Shown: piece by piece, positions 8,047 to 16,858 of the stretch | Layout of the letters: each line of letters starts with the position of its first letter | Numbering within the stretch: position 1 is the stretch's first letter | NCBI GenBank assembly: GCA_934754505.1 | Contig: CAKVIE010000003.1 | Location: forward strand, 51,727 to 115,726 | Length of the DNA stretch: 64,000 bases | DNA from: an uncultured Candidatus Melainabacteria bacterium | GTDB taxonomy: Bacteria > Cyanobacteriota > Vampirovibrionia > Gastranaerophilales > Gastranaerophilaceae | Direction: 5' to 3' | Notes under the pieces: generated by a model | Database searches by the model: none | What the model saw: only the letters and a program-made list of their open reading frames with translations | Told to the model about the DNA's origin: nothing | Position numbers and translations under genes: made by a program

Positions 8047-10550
8047 TGGACACTGTTAACGAAACTCGACTAAAAAAGATTTTATTTAATGTTACAAAAC
8101 CCTATCAATATATCGGGCATGAGTATTTGTCATCGGATAAAGAATTTTCTGAGGATAAAATCTCTATGCTTTTTGCATTCCCCGATAAATATGAAATCGG
8201 TATCAGCAATTTAGGTGTAAGGGTTTTATATCATACAATTAACAGGCATGATGATTTATATGCGGACAGAGCCTATGCTCCAGAGCCTGACTTTGTTGAA
8301 GAACTTGTTAAAAACGAAGAAACTTTGTATGGTGTTGAAAGCAAACAGCCATACAAAAATTTCGATTTTGTCGGTTTTTCTTTGCAGTACGAACTGGCAT
8401 TTCCGACTGTTTTGAAAATGTTGGAGCTTGCAGATATTCCTGTTTTTAGAAAAGACAGAAGTGAAAACGATCCGATTGTCGTAGCAGGCGGCCCCTGCTG
8501 TTTTAATCCGAAGCCTATGTCAGATTTTATCGATTTATTCATAATCGGTGACGGTGAGGACGTAAATGTAGAGCTTATGTACCGTTACAAGGAAATAAAA
8601 AATCTTCCTCGTTCGGAGAAAATCAAAGAGCTTGCTAAAATTAAGGGAATTTATTCTCCCGAATTGAAAAACAAGGCTGTCAAAAGAATAGCGGCTTTAA
8701 CAAACGAAAATATGCCCATTGTAAATCCTGTTCCGTATTCAAGCAGTATTCACGACAGAACAATTATCGAAATTCGCCGTGGCTGCGGAAGAATGTGCAG
8801 ATTTTGCCAGCCGGGGCATGTGACTTTGCCGATTAGAGAGCGAAAAGCCGAGGATATAATTAAAGCAGTTGATAAATCTACTCAAATGACGGGTTATGAT
8901 GAATATTCATTGTTGTCGCTTTCGTCGAATGATTACACGAATATTGAGCCTGTAATTGATGAACTTTCTTCAATGCTTTGCGAAAGAAAAGTTTCGGTAT
9001 CTTTGCCGAGCCAAAGAATTGACCGCTATAACGAGCATTTGGCTCAGGTTGTCCGAGGAATCAGAAAATCAACGATTACGCTTGCTCCGGAAGCGGGCAG
9101 TCAAAGGCTTCGTAATGTTATAAATAAAAATTTAAGCGAGGAGCAAATTCTGACAACAATTTTGAACTGTTATAAAACAGGTGCTGACAGTATAAAATTG
9201 TATTTTATTTTAGGACTTCCGACCGAAACAAAAGAAGATCTTGAAGAAATGGCGGGTTTGCTTTCAAAAATCCGTTATAAATCTTTGCAGATAAAAAAGG
9301 ATAATAATATTACAAATCCTTTGAAATTAACCTGTACGGTGTCGGTCTTTGTGCCGAAACCGTTTACCCCTTTTCAAAGACATTCGCAAAATACCAAAGA
9401 AGAAATTCAAGAAAAAATTTCGTATTTGCTGTCATTAACAGATAAAATTAAAAATGTAAAAATTAACTATCATAATCCTTTTGTATCAAGGCTTGAGGCA
9501 GCATTTGCAAGAGCTGATGAAAGTTTGGGAAAATTTATTTGGGCTATTTATAAAAAAGGTGCATATTTAACAAGCTGGGACGAAAATCTTGATTATTCTT
9601 TATGGGAACAAACGGCTGAAGAGTGCGGACTTTCTTTTGAAAAAGAAGCTTCAAAACAATTTGCAAAAGACGAAGTTCTTCCTTGGGAAGTAATTGATAT
9701 GGGAATAACTCGCAGCTGGTTTGAGCAAGAATACGAAAAGGCTTTGCGTGCCGAAAATACAATTCCTTGCGAATTTAACTGTGTAAAATGCGGTGTTTGT
9801 CCCGATTTTAAAGTTCACAGAGTTTCTGACAAAAAATATACTGCAAAGATTTTGCCGAAAAAAGAAGAACAAAACGACATTCCTGCTAAAAAATATCGTC
9901 TTAAATTGACTAAAGAAAATGATTTAAGATATTTGTCGCATCTTGATTGGCAAAATACGATTTTAAAAGTTTTATATCGTTCGGGCTTGAAATTGAATTT
10001 TTCAAAAGGCTTTAACCCGACCCCGAAAATATCTTTGGGTGTTGCATTGCCGATTTTTGTTGAAAGTGTAACGGAATTTATTGATATAGAGATTTTTGAT
10101 GAGATTTCCGATGAAGAACTTTTCCAAAAATTATCATCTGTAATGCCTGATAATATGAAACTTTTGAAACTCAAAAAAATTGATAACAAAGAAATATCAA
10201 TAGATAATCAGGCGGAATGGGCAGAGTATGAATTTCAGCCTGTTGAAAAAGGTATTTACGATATAAAATCTTTGTTATATGATATAAATGCAAAGATTTC
10301 TTCAAGTGACGAAATTGTCATAGAGAAGAAAACTAAAAAAGGTGTAACTAAAAAAACAGATATTAAGCCGTCAATAAAGTCTTTTGATTTACAGGGCGAA
10401 AAAATTACGGCAGTTTTAAAGACGGGGCAAAATACCGATATTCCCGCATTAAGAGCAGATAAAGCTATGGAAATATTCTTCCCCGAAATAAAATTTGAAA
10501 TAAAAAGAACAAAGTTTTTTGACGTTAATCTTAAAGAAATAGATTTGTAA
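8046..10550 (+). CDS. radical SAM protein fused to a DUF2344-like C-terminal domain (TIGR03960/TIGR03936-type)
   Basis: CX3CX2C motif CGRMCRFC at 8784-8807. Large N-terminal B12-binding-like/radical SAM region plus a C-terminal extension. Sits in the typical position upstream of an Rne/Rng gene. The family assignment is from memory. Confidence 0.8.
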   Translation: MDTVNETRLKKILFNVTKPYQYIGHEYLSSDKEFSEDKISMLFAFPDKYEIGISNLGVRVLYHTINRHDDLYADRAYAPEPDFVEELVKNEETLYGVESKQPYKNFDFVGFSLQYELAFPTVLKMLELADIPVFRKDRSENDPIVVAGGPCCFNPKPMSDFIDLFIIGDGEDVNVELMYRYKEIKNLPRSEKIKELAKIKGIYSPELKNKAVKRIAALTNENMPIVNPVPYSSSIHDRTIIEIRRGCGRMCRFCQPGHVTLPIRERKAEDIIKAVDKSTQMTGYDEYSLLSLSSNDYTNIEPVIDELSSMLCERKVSVSLPSQRIDRYNEHLAQVVRGIRKSTITLAPEAGSQRLRNVINKNLSEEQILTTILNCYKTGADSIKLYFILGLPTETKEDLEEMAGLLSKIRYKSLQIKKDNNITNPLKLTCTVSVFVPKPFTPFQRHSQNTKEEIQEKISYLLSLTDKIKNVKINYHNPFVSRLEAAFARADESLGKFIWAIYKKGAYLTSWDENLDYSLWEQTAEECGLSFEKEASKQFAKDEVLPWEVIDMGITRSWFEQEYEKALRAENTIPCEFNCVKCGVCPDFKVHRVSDKKYTAKILPKKEEQNDIPAKKYRLKLTKENDLRYLSHLDWQNTILKVLYRSGLKLNFSKGFNPTPKISLGVALPIFVESVTEFIDIEIFDEISDEELFQKLSSVMPDNMKLLKLKKIDNKEISIDNQAEWAEYEFQPVEKGIYDIKSLLYDINAKISSSDEIVIEKKTKKGVTKKTDIKPSIKSFDLQGEKITAVLKTGQNTDIPALRADKAMEIFFPEIKFEIKRTKFFDVNLKEIDL

Positions 10551-10563
10551 AAAAGGAAAAAGA

Positions 10564-12516
10564 ATGACTAAACAGATTGTAATTGCTGAACGTGATAATA
10601 TCGCAGCTCTCATTGAAAACAATAAGGTAACAGAATTTTTTGTAAATAAAGGTGAAATATTCTTAAATGATGTTTATCTCGCAACCGTAGATAATATTTT
10701 ACCGAGTATTGAAGCGGCTTTCGTTAATGTGGGTTCCGATAAAATGGGATTTCTTCACGCAGATGATGTTCCGGGCAAGGGCAATTTGAAAACAAGATTA
10801 ACACCCAAACAAAAGTTGATTGTTCAAGTTGTTAAAGAACCTACAGGTCACAAAGGTCCGAGAGTAACAACGGATATAAGTTTACCCGGAAGATTTCTTG
10901 TTCTTATTCCTAATGAAACAGGTATAAATGTAAGCAGAAAAATCGTTTCAACAAAAGAAAGAGCAAGACTTAAATCAATTGTCAGCCTTATAAAGCCCGT
11001 CGGCATTGGCGTTATTGTAAGAACTGAGGCAGAAGGTCAATCCGATTCTGATATCCAAGAGGATTTAGAACTTCTTCTTGAAAAGTGGAATACAATTATT
11101 ACGGCTGCTGAAACACAAGAATCACCAAGCCTTTTGTATCGTGACCAAGATTTGCTTTACAGAGTTATAAGAGAAGCTTGCACGGAAGATGTTGCAGAAA
11201 TAGTTTTGGATACGCCGTTTGCAATGCAAAGAACTCAACAAATTCTTCAAAATTGGAATATGTTGAAAAATATTAAATTGACGGTTTACAAAGGCTCTGA
11301 ACCGCTTTTACAGGCATCAGGCATTATGAAAGAAATTAAAGCAGCTTTGCAAATCAAAGTTATGCTCCCGTCTGGCGGTTATTTGTTTATCCAAACAACC
11401 GAGGCTCTTTCAGTAGTTGATGTAAACAGCGGTAAATTCGTAAGTTCGGCAACTCAAGATGAAACAATTTTGAAAACCAATATAGAAGCCGCTCACGAAA
11501 TTGCAAGACAACTTCGTTTGAGAAATATCGGCGGTATGATTATTATCGACTTTATCGATATGACTAACAGAAACGACAAACTCGCCGTTATGGAAGAATT
11601 TGAACTTGCTCTCGAAAACGATAAGGCTAAACCTCAAATCGGTCAGCTCTCTGATTTGGGACTCGTTGAACTTACAAGACACAGACAAGGTCAAAGTTTG
11701 AGTGAAGTCTTTACTAAAAAATGTCCTCACTGCCAAGGTACGGGCATGATTTTTGAAGATATTCAACTCGCAGCAGCTCCCGGAGAAAACGAATTGAAAG
11801 CAAAAGCTGCTAAATTGAAAGTCCCTGTTCAACAGCTTAAAAACAAAAATCAAAAAAATAATAATGTTTTCCAAGTTCAAGTGACTGAAACAGAACCTGT
11901 TCAACAAACAGCCCAAGAAGTTGAAAATGTTCAAGATGCAGTTGAAGAAAATACAAACAACAATTCAAACGGTAACAACAACGGCAACAATTATAATAAT
12001 CACAATAATAATAAATTTAATAAGAAGTTCAATAAGAACAGAAACAAATTCAATAAATTTAATAAGAATAATTTCAACAATAATCAACAGCAAAAAGATG
12101 ATACGGTTGCAGATGATGTAAAATCTGATACAATTAAGTCAGAAGAACATTTTAGCGACACTGTAAAATCAGCTGAAAGTAATAAACCAGAAATAACACA
12201 AAAAGTTGATAAGGCAGAAAATGTTGTAAAAGAAGCTCCTGAAGTAAAAGCTCCCGAAACAACCACAGAAAAAGTTGAAAAACAAGAAAAGTCAGCGAAA
12301 GCTAAAAAAGCAGAAAAAGCAAAAAATACAGTAGTCGAAAGCGAAAAAGTTTCTGACGATAAGGTAGAAGAAAAACCGAAAAAGCGTGGCAGAAAACCTA
12401 AAGCAAAAGTTGAAGAAACAGTTTCAACAGAAGAAAAAACGGTAGAATCTAAAGATGAAAAAACAGAAGAAAAACCGAAAAGACGTGGCAGAAAACCTAA
12501 AGCCGCAACAGTATAG
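10564..12516 (+). CDS. rne: ribonuclease E/G family protein with a long low-complexity C-terminal tail
   Basis: N-terminal S1-like region and catalytic core. Zn-link motif CPHCQGTG. Tail is Asn-rich with FNK repeats, then Lys/Glu-rich with two RGRKPK segments. Confidence 0.9.
   Translation: MTKQIVIAERDNIAALIENNKVTEFFVNKGEIFLNDVYLATVDNILPSIEAAFVNVGSDKMGFLHADDVPGKGNLKTRLTPKQKLIVQVVKEPTGHKGPRVTTDISLPGRFLVLIPNETGINVSRKIVSTKERARLKSIVSLIKPVGIGVIVRTEAEGQSDSDIQEDLELLLEKWNTIITAAETQESPSLLYRDQDLLYRVIREACTEDVAEIVLDTPFAMQRTQQILQNWNMLKNIKLTVYKGSEPLLQASGIMKEIKAALQIKVMLPSGGYLFIQTTEALSVVDVNSGKFVSSATQDETILKTNIEAAHEIARQLRLRNIGGMIIIDFIDMTNRNDKLAVMEEFELALENDKAKPQIGQLSDLGLVELTRHRQGQSLSEVFTKKCPHCQGTGMIFEDIQLAAAPGENELKAKAAKLKVPVQQLKNKNQKNNNVFQVQVTETEPVQQTAQEVENVQDAVEENTNNNSNGNNNGNNYNNHNNNKFNKKFNKNRNKFNKFNKNNFNNNQQQKDDTVADDVKSDTIKSEEHFSDTVKSAESNKPEITQKVDKAENVVKEAPEVKAPETTTEKVEKQEKSAKAKKAEKAKNTVVESEKVSDDKVEEKPKKRGRKPKAKVEETVSTEEKTVESKDEKTEEKPKRRGRKPKAATV
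12367..12503 (+). repeat. two 38-nt near-identical direct repeats encoding EEKPK[KR]RGRKPKA
   Basis: 12367-12404 and 12466-12503 differ only in aaaaagcgt versus aaaagacgt. Confidence 0.85.
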
Positions 12517-12517
12517 T

Positions 12518-13159
12518 TTGATTGAAAGAGTTCAAACAGCAATATTTTTACTTTTGATTGGCTGCAATCCGATTTTTGCAGCCACAAAAGAGGAAAATTT
12601 GTCTGATGAATTTTTCAATGCTGCAATGAATTTACCGACTGATGAAACTACGGCGGTATCTGTTCAGGCGCCTGATGTTGCGACAAATGCAGCAGCAAAT
12701 AACAGTAATTTTATGCAGCCTGTTACAGATGCGTTTAATAAATCGGTTGAGGCTATGCAGTCTTTCGGAACTTCATTGAGTTCGCAGATTGAAAAATTAA
12801 TTGGTCACAATCCGTTTTTATCAAAACTTTTGGTTGCTTTGATATTAGTAGTTGTAAGTATTGTTGTTATTGTTATTCTTGCACTTATTGCAAAGAAAAT
12901 TATTTCAAAAAATAACAATAAAAATACGATTTCCAATACAAATTCTTCTGATGTTGAAGATGACGATTTTGAAGAAGTTATAGAAGATTCCGATGAATTT
13001 CCTGACGAGGGATTTGCTCAAACTGTTAATAATCAAGCTCAAACAGAAACTGATAATACTTCAGAAACTCAAAATACAGTTAATTATTCAGCAAAAATTT
13101 TGACATCACCAACAACGGTTGATGATGCCATGAAAATGTTTTTAAAGATAACCGAATAA
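12518..13159 (+). CDS. hypothetical single-pass membrane protein with an acidic C-terminus
   Basis: The in-frame TTG at 12518 follows the rne stop. The earlier ATG at 12455 would overlap the rne tail. Signal-like LLLIGCNPIFA and TM LLVALILVVVSIVVIVILALIA. The start is uncertain. Confidence 0.5.
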   Translation: MIERVQTAIFLLLIGCNPIFAATKEENLSDEFFNAAMNLPTDETTAVSVQAPDVATNAAANNSNFMQPVTDAFNKSVEAMQSFGTSLSSQIEKLIGHNPFLSKLLVALILVVVSIVVIVILALIAKKIISKNNNKNTISNTNSSDVEDDDFEEVIEDSDEFPDEGFAQTVNNQAQTETDNTSETQNTVNYSAKILTSPTTVDDAMKMFLKITE

Positions 13160-13396
13160 TTAAGCTACGGGTTTTCCGACGGCTTTTAATAATTGTTTGA
13201 TAACTTTCGGCATTTGGCAAACGAAAGAATAATTACCTTTTGAAACTGAACATTTTTCGCAAACACAGTTTAGTTGATAGCATTCAAGTGCTTGTTCTGT
13301 CCAGCTTTGAGTAATAGAATTTGATATTACCCCTTGATTTTTTGCACAATAAATTTCGCTACTGTCGCAATACTTTGTTGATACTTCTTGTAACAT
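13160..13396 (-). CDS. small Cys-rich protein (7 Cys in 78 aa), unknown function
   Basis: TATAAT on the minus strand (13425-13430) and a GGGG SD-like element upstream. Cys pattern C10, C17, C39, C44, C46, C49, C60. Confidence 0.55.
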   Translation of the reverse strand: MLQEVSTKYCDSSEIYCAKNQGVISNSITQSWTEQALECYQLNCVCEKCSVSKGNYSFVCQMPKVIKQLLKAVGKPVA

Positions 13397-13524
13397 ACAA
13401 CAACCCCACTTTTTATTCTGTGGTATTATACTACACCAATTTGCACAACAAATGAATACACTATTTATATGATTTCTATTTTTTTTTAAATTGTTAAAAA
13501 TATTTCAAAAATTTTTTTATGAGT

Positions 13525-13553
13525 TTTACAAAACAGGCATAAAAGAGTATAAT
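13525..13553 (+). promoter_or_regulatory. sigma70-type promoter for the HExxH orphan gene
   Basis: TTTACA (13525-13530), 17-nt spacer, TATAAT (13548-13553). Confidence 0.6.
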
Positions 13554-13588
13554 CTATTGTGTTTTTAAGAAAGGTTCAGTGACGAAAC

Positions 13589-15154
13589 ATGATAATTAAC
13601 GGCAATAATAAAATTCAAAATCAAATTCAAAACAAACCGATTCACATTGCCGATAAGCAGGTGAAAATGCCTGAAAATAAACAGTTTGAACTTCCTGATA
13701 TCCGAGTAAATCAGATATTACTTCCTGATAATAAAATTTATCTTCCGAAAGGTTCAAAGCCTGTCGGATTTAATTCGGATAATCTTTCTTTGGAAGTTCC
13801 CGCTCATTACCGAAAATTGGAAAACGACACTAAAATGCAGGCTTCCGTTCAAGCAATAGCAAAAGTTTTGAAAGCACCTAACGTAAATTATTACGAAAAT
13901 ACAAAAACAGGTGAATCCGTAATCAGAGCAAGTAAAAATTCTTACAATGAATCAGGTGTTCTTGATTCTGCGGAAGTCACCGAAATTAACACGAAATATA
14001 CGAATGTTGCAACAAAATATGTAAAGGATTTTGAACACAATACGGAAACGGAAATTCTTATTCAAAATCCTCTTAAAGCTACATCTTCCGTTCGTTTTAT
14101 GACAGTTTTACATAAAGATAATCAAGGCAAAGTCGTCAAGACGGAAGAATACAGTAAATCACCTTATATGAAAGGCATTTACGATATTGTTGAAAAAGAT
14201 ATTGACGGCAATGAGAATATTGTTTGCAAAACGAGCAAAGCAGATGACGGTTCGATAACGCTTGAAAAACATCTTGTTTCTTTAGACGGAACAAAAACCG
14301 AATACAGATACACGACGGATAAAGCTGGTATGCATAAGCAAATGTTTTGCCAAATTACGGATTCTGACGGAAAAGTTTTATCAACGATTGACAGAACTTA
14401 CGATAAAGAAAGTGAAAACGTAACATATTCGTCTGTAAACGGCAATAAATTCAAGTCCGAAAAAGACGGAAAAAGTTTAACCATAACAGATTATACAACG
14501 GGAAAAACAACCGTTATGAATGAAGATGATTTGAAAGCATCAACACAGGCGAAAGTTTATCTTTATACAAGACTTCCTCAGTTTGCAAAAGGTATGACAA
14601 ATGAGAATGTAACTGCAGAATTGTTTGATACATTACCTGCTGATACGTTGTTGACACTTCATTCAAACATTACGGAAATTATTCCTATGAATGACGATTT
14701 AATGTCTGTTTTTATGAATTTGACTGACTTTTTGTTATGCAAAACCGACAATTTTGTAATCGGTCACGAGCTTGGGCACAGCAAAGATGCTTTGCATCTT
14801 CCGAGAGATATTAAGTCTTTAGATGCCGAAACTGCGAAAAAAGTCAGAACAACTAATGTTTATGCGGATAAAGAACAATTCCGAAAAGAATATGTTGCTG
14901 AAAAAGCCGCTTTTATCAAGGAATTTCCTGACTTTGGCGAGAAATTTATAAGTTATTTTATAGAACCTTCCGAAAGACGTCCCGATCAAGGCAGAGAAGA
15001 AACCGTTGCAGAATCTAATGCCATAAACGGCATGCAGCCTGAAGAACCTGAAATTTTAGGTATGCGTACGATTTTGCTGCAAAGATATTTCCCTCGTTCA
15101 ATAGCTGAATTGACTAAGCTTATGAATCCGATAGCTATTGCGGAACAAAATTAA
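13589..15154 (+). CDS. orphan protein with a C-terminal HExxH metallopeptidase-like motif
   Basis: HELGH at 14765-14779. Central region has degenerate YD-like beta repeats (DGTKTEYRYTTDKAG, DGKVLSTIDRTYDKES). No signal peptide. Confidence 0.6.
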   Translation: MIINGNNKIQNQIQNKPIHIADKQVKMPENKQFELPDIRVNQILLPDNKIYLPKGSKPVGFNSDNLSLEVPAHYRKLENDTKMQASVQAIAKVLKAPNVNYYENTKTGESVIRASKNSYNESGVLDSAEVTEINTKYTNVATKYVKDFEHNTETEILIQNPLKATSSVRFMTVLHKDNQGKVVKTEEYSKSPYMKGIYDIVEKDIDGNENIVCKTSKADDGSITLEKHLVSLDGTKTEYRYTTDKAGMHKQMFCQITDSDGKVLSTIDRTYDKESENVTYSSVNGNKFKSEKDGKSLTITDYTTGKTTVMNEDDLKASTQAKVYLYTRLPQFAKGMTNENVTAELFDTLPADTLLTLHSNITEIIPMNDDLMSVFMNLTDFLLCKTDNFVIGHELGHSKDALHLPRDIKSLDAETAKKVRTTNVYADKEQFRKEYVAEKAAFIKEFPDFGEKFISYFIEPSERRPDQGREETVAESNAINGMQPEEPEILGMRTILLQRYFPRSIAELTKLMNPIAIAEQN

Positions 15155-15241
15155 TTTAAGAACAGACTTGAAATTAAAATTTGTCTGTTGTATAGTGATT
15201 TCAGGTTGAAAAACCTTTGTTTAAATCGAAAGATTTTTTTC

Positions 15242-15313
15242 GGCGACTTGGCCAAGTGGTAAGGCAGAAGCCTGCAAAGCTTTTATCCCCCGGTTCGAAT
15301 CCGGGAGTCGCCT
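15242..15313 (+). tRNA. tRNA-Cys (GCA)
   Basis: Manual cloverleaf: acceptor GGCGACU/AGUCGCC, anticodon stem GAAGC/GCUUU with loop CUGCAAA, T arm CCCGG-UUCGAAU-CCGGG. No encoded CCA. Confidence 0.9.
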
Positions 15314-15491
15314 TTTGCTTTTTTTTCGCTATATAAAATAACTTTTTATTTAAAAATAACGTTAAACAATAAAATTGTTTTTCTATTTAATGATAAATAT
15401 TATAAAAATTTTTATTGTAAAGCTATCGACATAAAGGCTTGAAAATGAGTGTTTTAGGTTTTAAACTTTAAGAAAACGAGCTGAAAACATT

Positions 15492-16850
15492 ATGAAAAAA
15501 TTTTTAATATATAGTTTAATATTTATTTTGCAGTTATTTAATGCAAATATGGTTAATGCCGAGGAAAACAAAGGATATGACCTGTCTTTTGAACAGGCTT
15601 ATGAGCTTATGCTTGTAAACAGCAATGAGCTGAAGTCGGCGGAGTATGGAAAGACTGCTGCGAGATATGAAAGAAATTCCGCAAGAGGATTATTTTCTCC
15701 CAAAGTCGGTATAAATACTACTGTTGCAATGCTTGACCACGATATTGCAATGAAAGTTCCGGGGTTAGGTACTTTGCCTTTACAGAACAAAAATTTATGG
15801 CTTGGTTCGGCAGGCGTTGTTTGGAATGTATTTACGGGCGGTAAAATTATTGCGGCTAATCAAATTGCAAATGCTAAATACGGTATTTCCGATTACAGAT
15901 ACATTCAGAAAAAATCTGCTTTAATGACTGATTTGATAAAAAAATATTATGGTGTTTGCTTAATGCAGGACGTTTTGAAGGTTAGAGAAGAAGTTTTGAC
16001 TTTGACGGAAAAACATCTTTCCGATGCGATAAAATACGAGCAGCAAGGTTTAATTGCAAAATCGGAAAGATTGCATGCAGAAGTTGCAAAAGCAAAGGCA
16101 GAGCGTGATTATAAGGCTGCCAAAAAAGATTTGAATGTCGCAAATTCAGCTTTATATCGTTTGATAAAAGCAGATGGGGTGAATGCTGATAATATTGCGA
16201 TTAATCCTCAATCAAGACTTTTTATGAGTAATAACGATTTGCCTGATATCAAAAATGTTCAGACGGCAATTCTTGATAACAGTCCGCTTTTGAAACAAGC
16301 AAAGGCAAAAACAAAAATTACCAAGGCAGTATATAATTCTAAAAAAGCAGATTATTTGCCGATGGTTTCGGTTGGTGCGTATGACATTTTCGGTGCGGAT
16401 TCTTTGTCAAATTTGGTTCCGAGAATGGCATTGGCTGCAACTGCGAATATGACCGTGTTTGACGGTTTTTCAAGATATAATAACCTAAAGGCTGCAAAGG
16501 CTGTTAATATGCAGGCGAAGGTTGATGTTGATGTTTTGGCAAATCAGCTTTTAACATATAGCGAAAAATTATACAGCGATATTTTAAAGGCAAAAGAGCA
16601 GTACGAAAGCACTGATAAATCTATTGAAAGTGCAAAAGAGGCCTTGAGAATAACTACACTTTCTTTTAAAGAAGGTTTTTCGCCGTCATTATCTGTGACA
16701 GATGCACAAACGGCACTTTCGGGTGAAAAAATAGCACGATTAAAAGCTATGTACGATTACGATGTTTCTTTGGCTCAATTAATTGAGTTATGCGGGGATA
16801 CGGATGAGATTTTTGATTATATAAATAATTCCGTAACGGAAAGATTATAG
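15492..16850 (+). CDS. TolC-family outer-membrane efflux protein
   Basis: Signal peptide and two-repeat OMF architecture. First gene of the efflux operon. Confidence 0.85.
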   Translation: MKKFLIYSLIFILQLFNANMVNAEENKGYDLSFEQAYELMLVNSNELKSAEYGKTAARYERNSARGLFSPKVGINTTVAMLDHDIAMKVPGLGTLPLQNKNLWLGSAGVVWNVFTGGKIIAANQIANAKYGISDYRYIQKKSALMTDLIKKYYGVCLMQDVLKVREEVLTLTEKHLSDAIKYEQQGLIAKSERLHAEVAKAKAERDYKAAKKDLNVANSALYRLIKADGVNADNIAINPQSRLFMSNNDLPDIKNVQTAILDNSPLLKQAKAKTKITKAVYNSKKADYLPMVSVGAYDIFGADSLSNLVPRMALAATANMTVFDGFSRYNNLKAAKAVNMQAKVDVDVLANQLLTYSEKLYSDILKAKEQYESTDKSIESAKEALRITTLSFKEGFSPSLSVTDAQTALSGEKIARLKAMYDYDVSLAQLIELCGDTDEIFDYINNSVTERL

Positions 16851-16858
16851 GAAAAATT

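Noticed and set aside
12455-12517. ORF-track start at 12455 for the gene downstream of rne
   Set aside because: That segment is the alternate frame of the second RGRKPK repeat inside the rne tail. The in-frame TTG at 12518, right after the rne stop, gives a signal-like N-terminus. The start remains uncertain.
13589-15154. Flagellin or flagellinolysin identity for the HExxH protein
   Set aside because: Only the first ~6 residues (MIINGN) recall flagellin. There are no D0/D1 helical N- and C-terminal domains and no flagellin C-terminus.
15155-15491. tRNA-Cys as an integration hotspot, with the efflux/AsmA block as a genomic island
   Set aside because: There is no integrase, no direct repeat of the tRNA 3' end, and no mobility genes downstream. 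The neighbouring genes look like core envelope functions.
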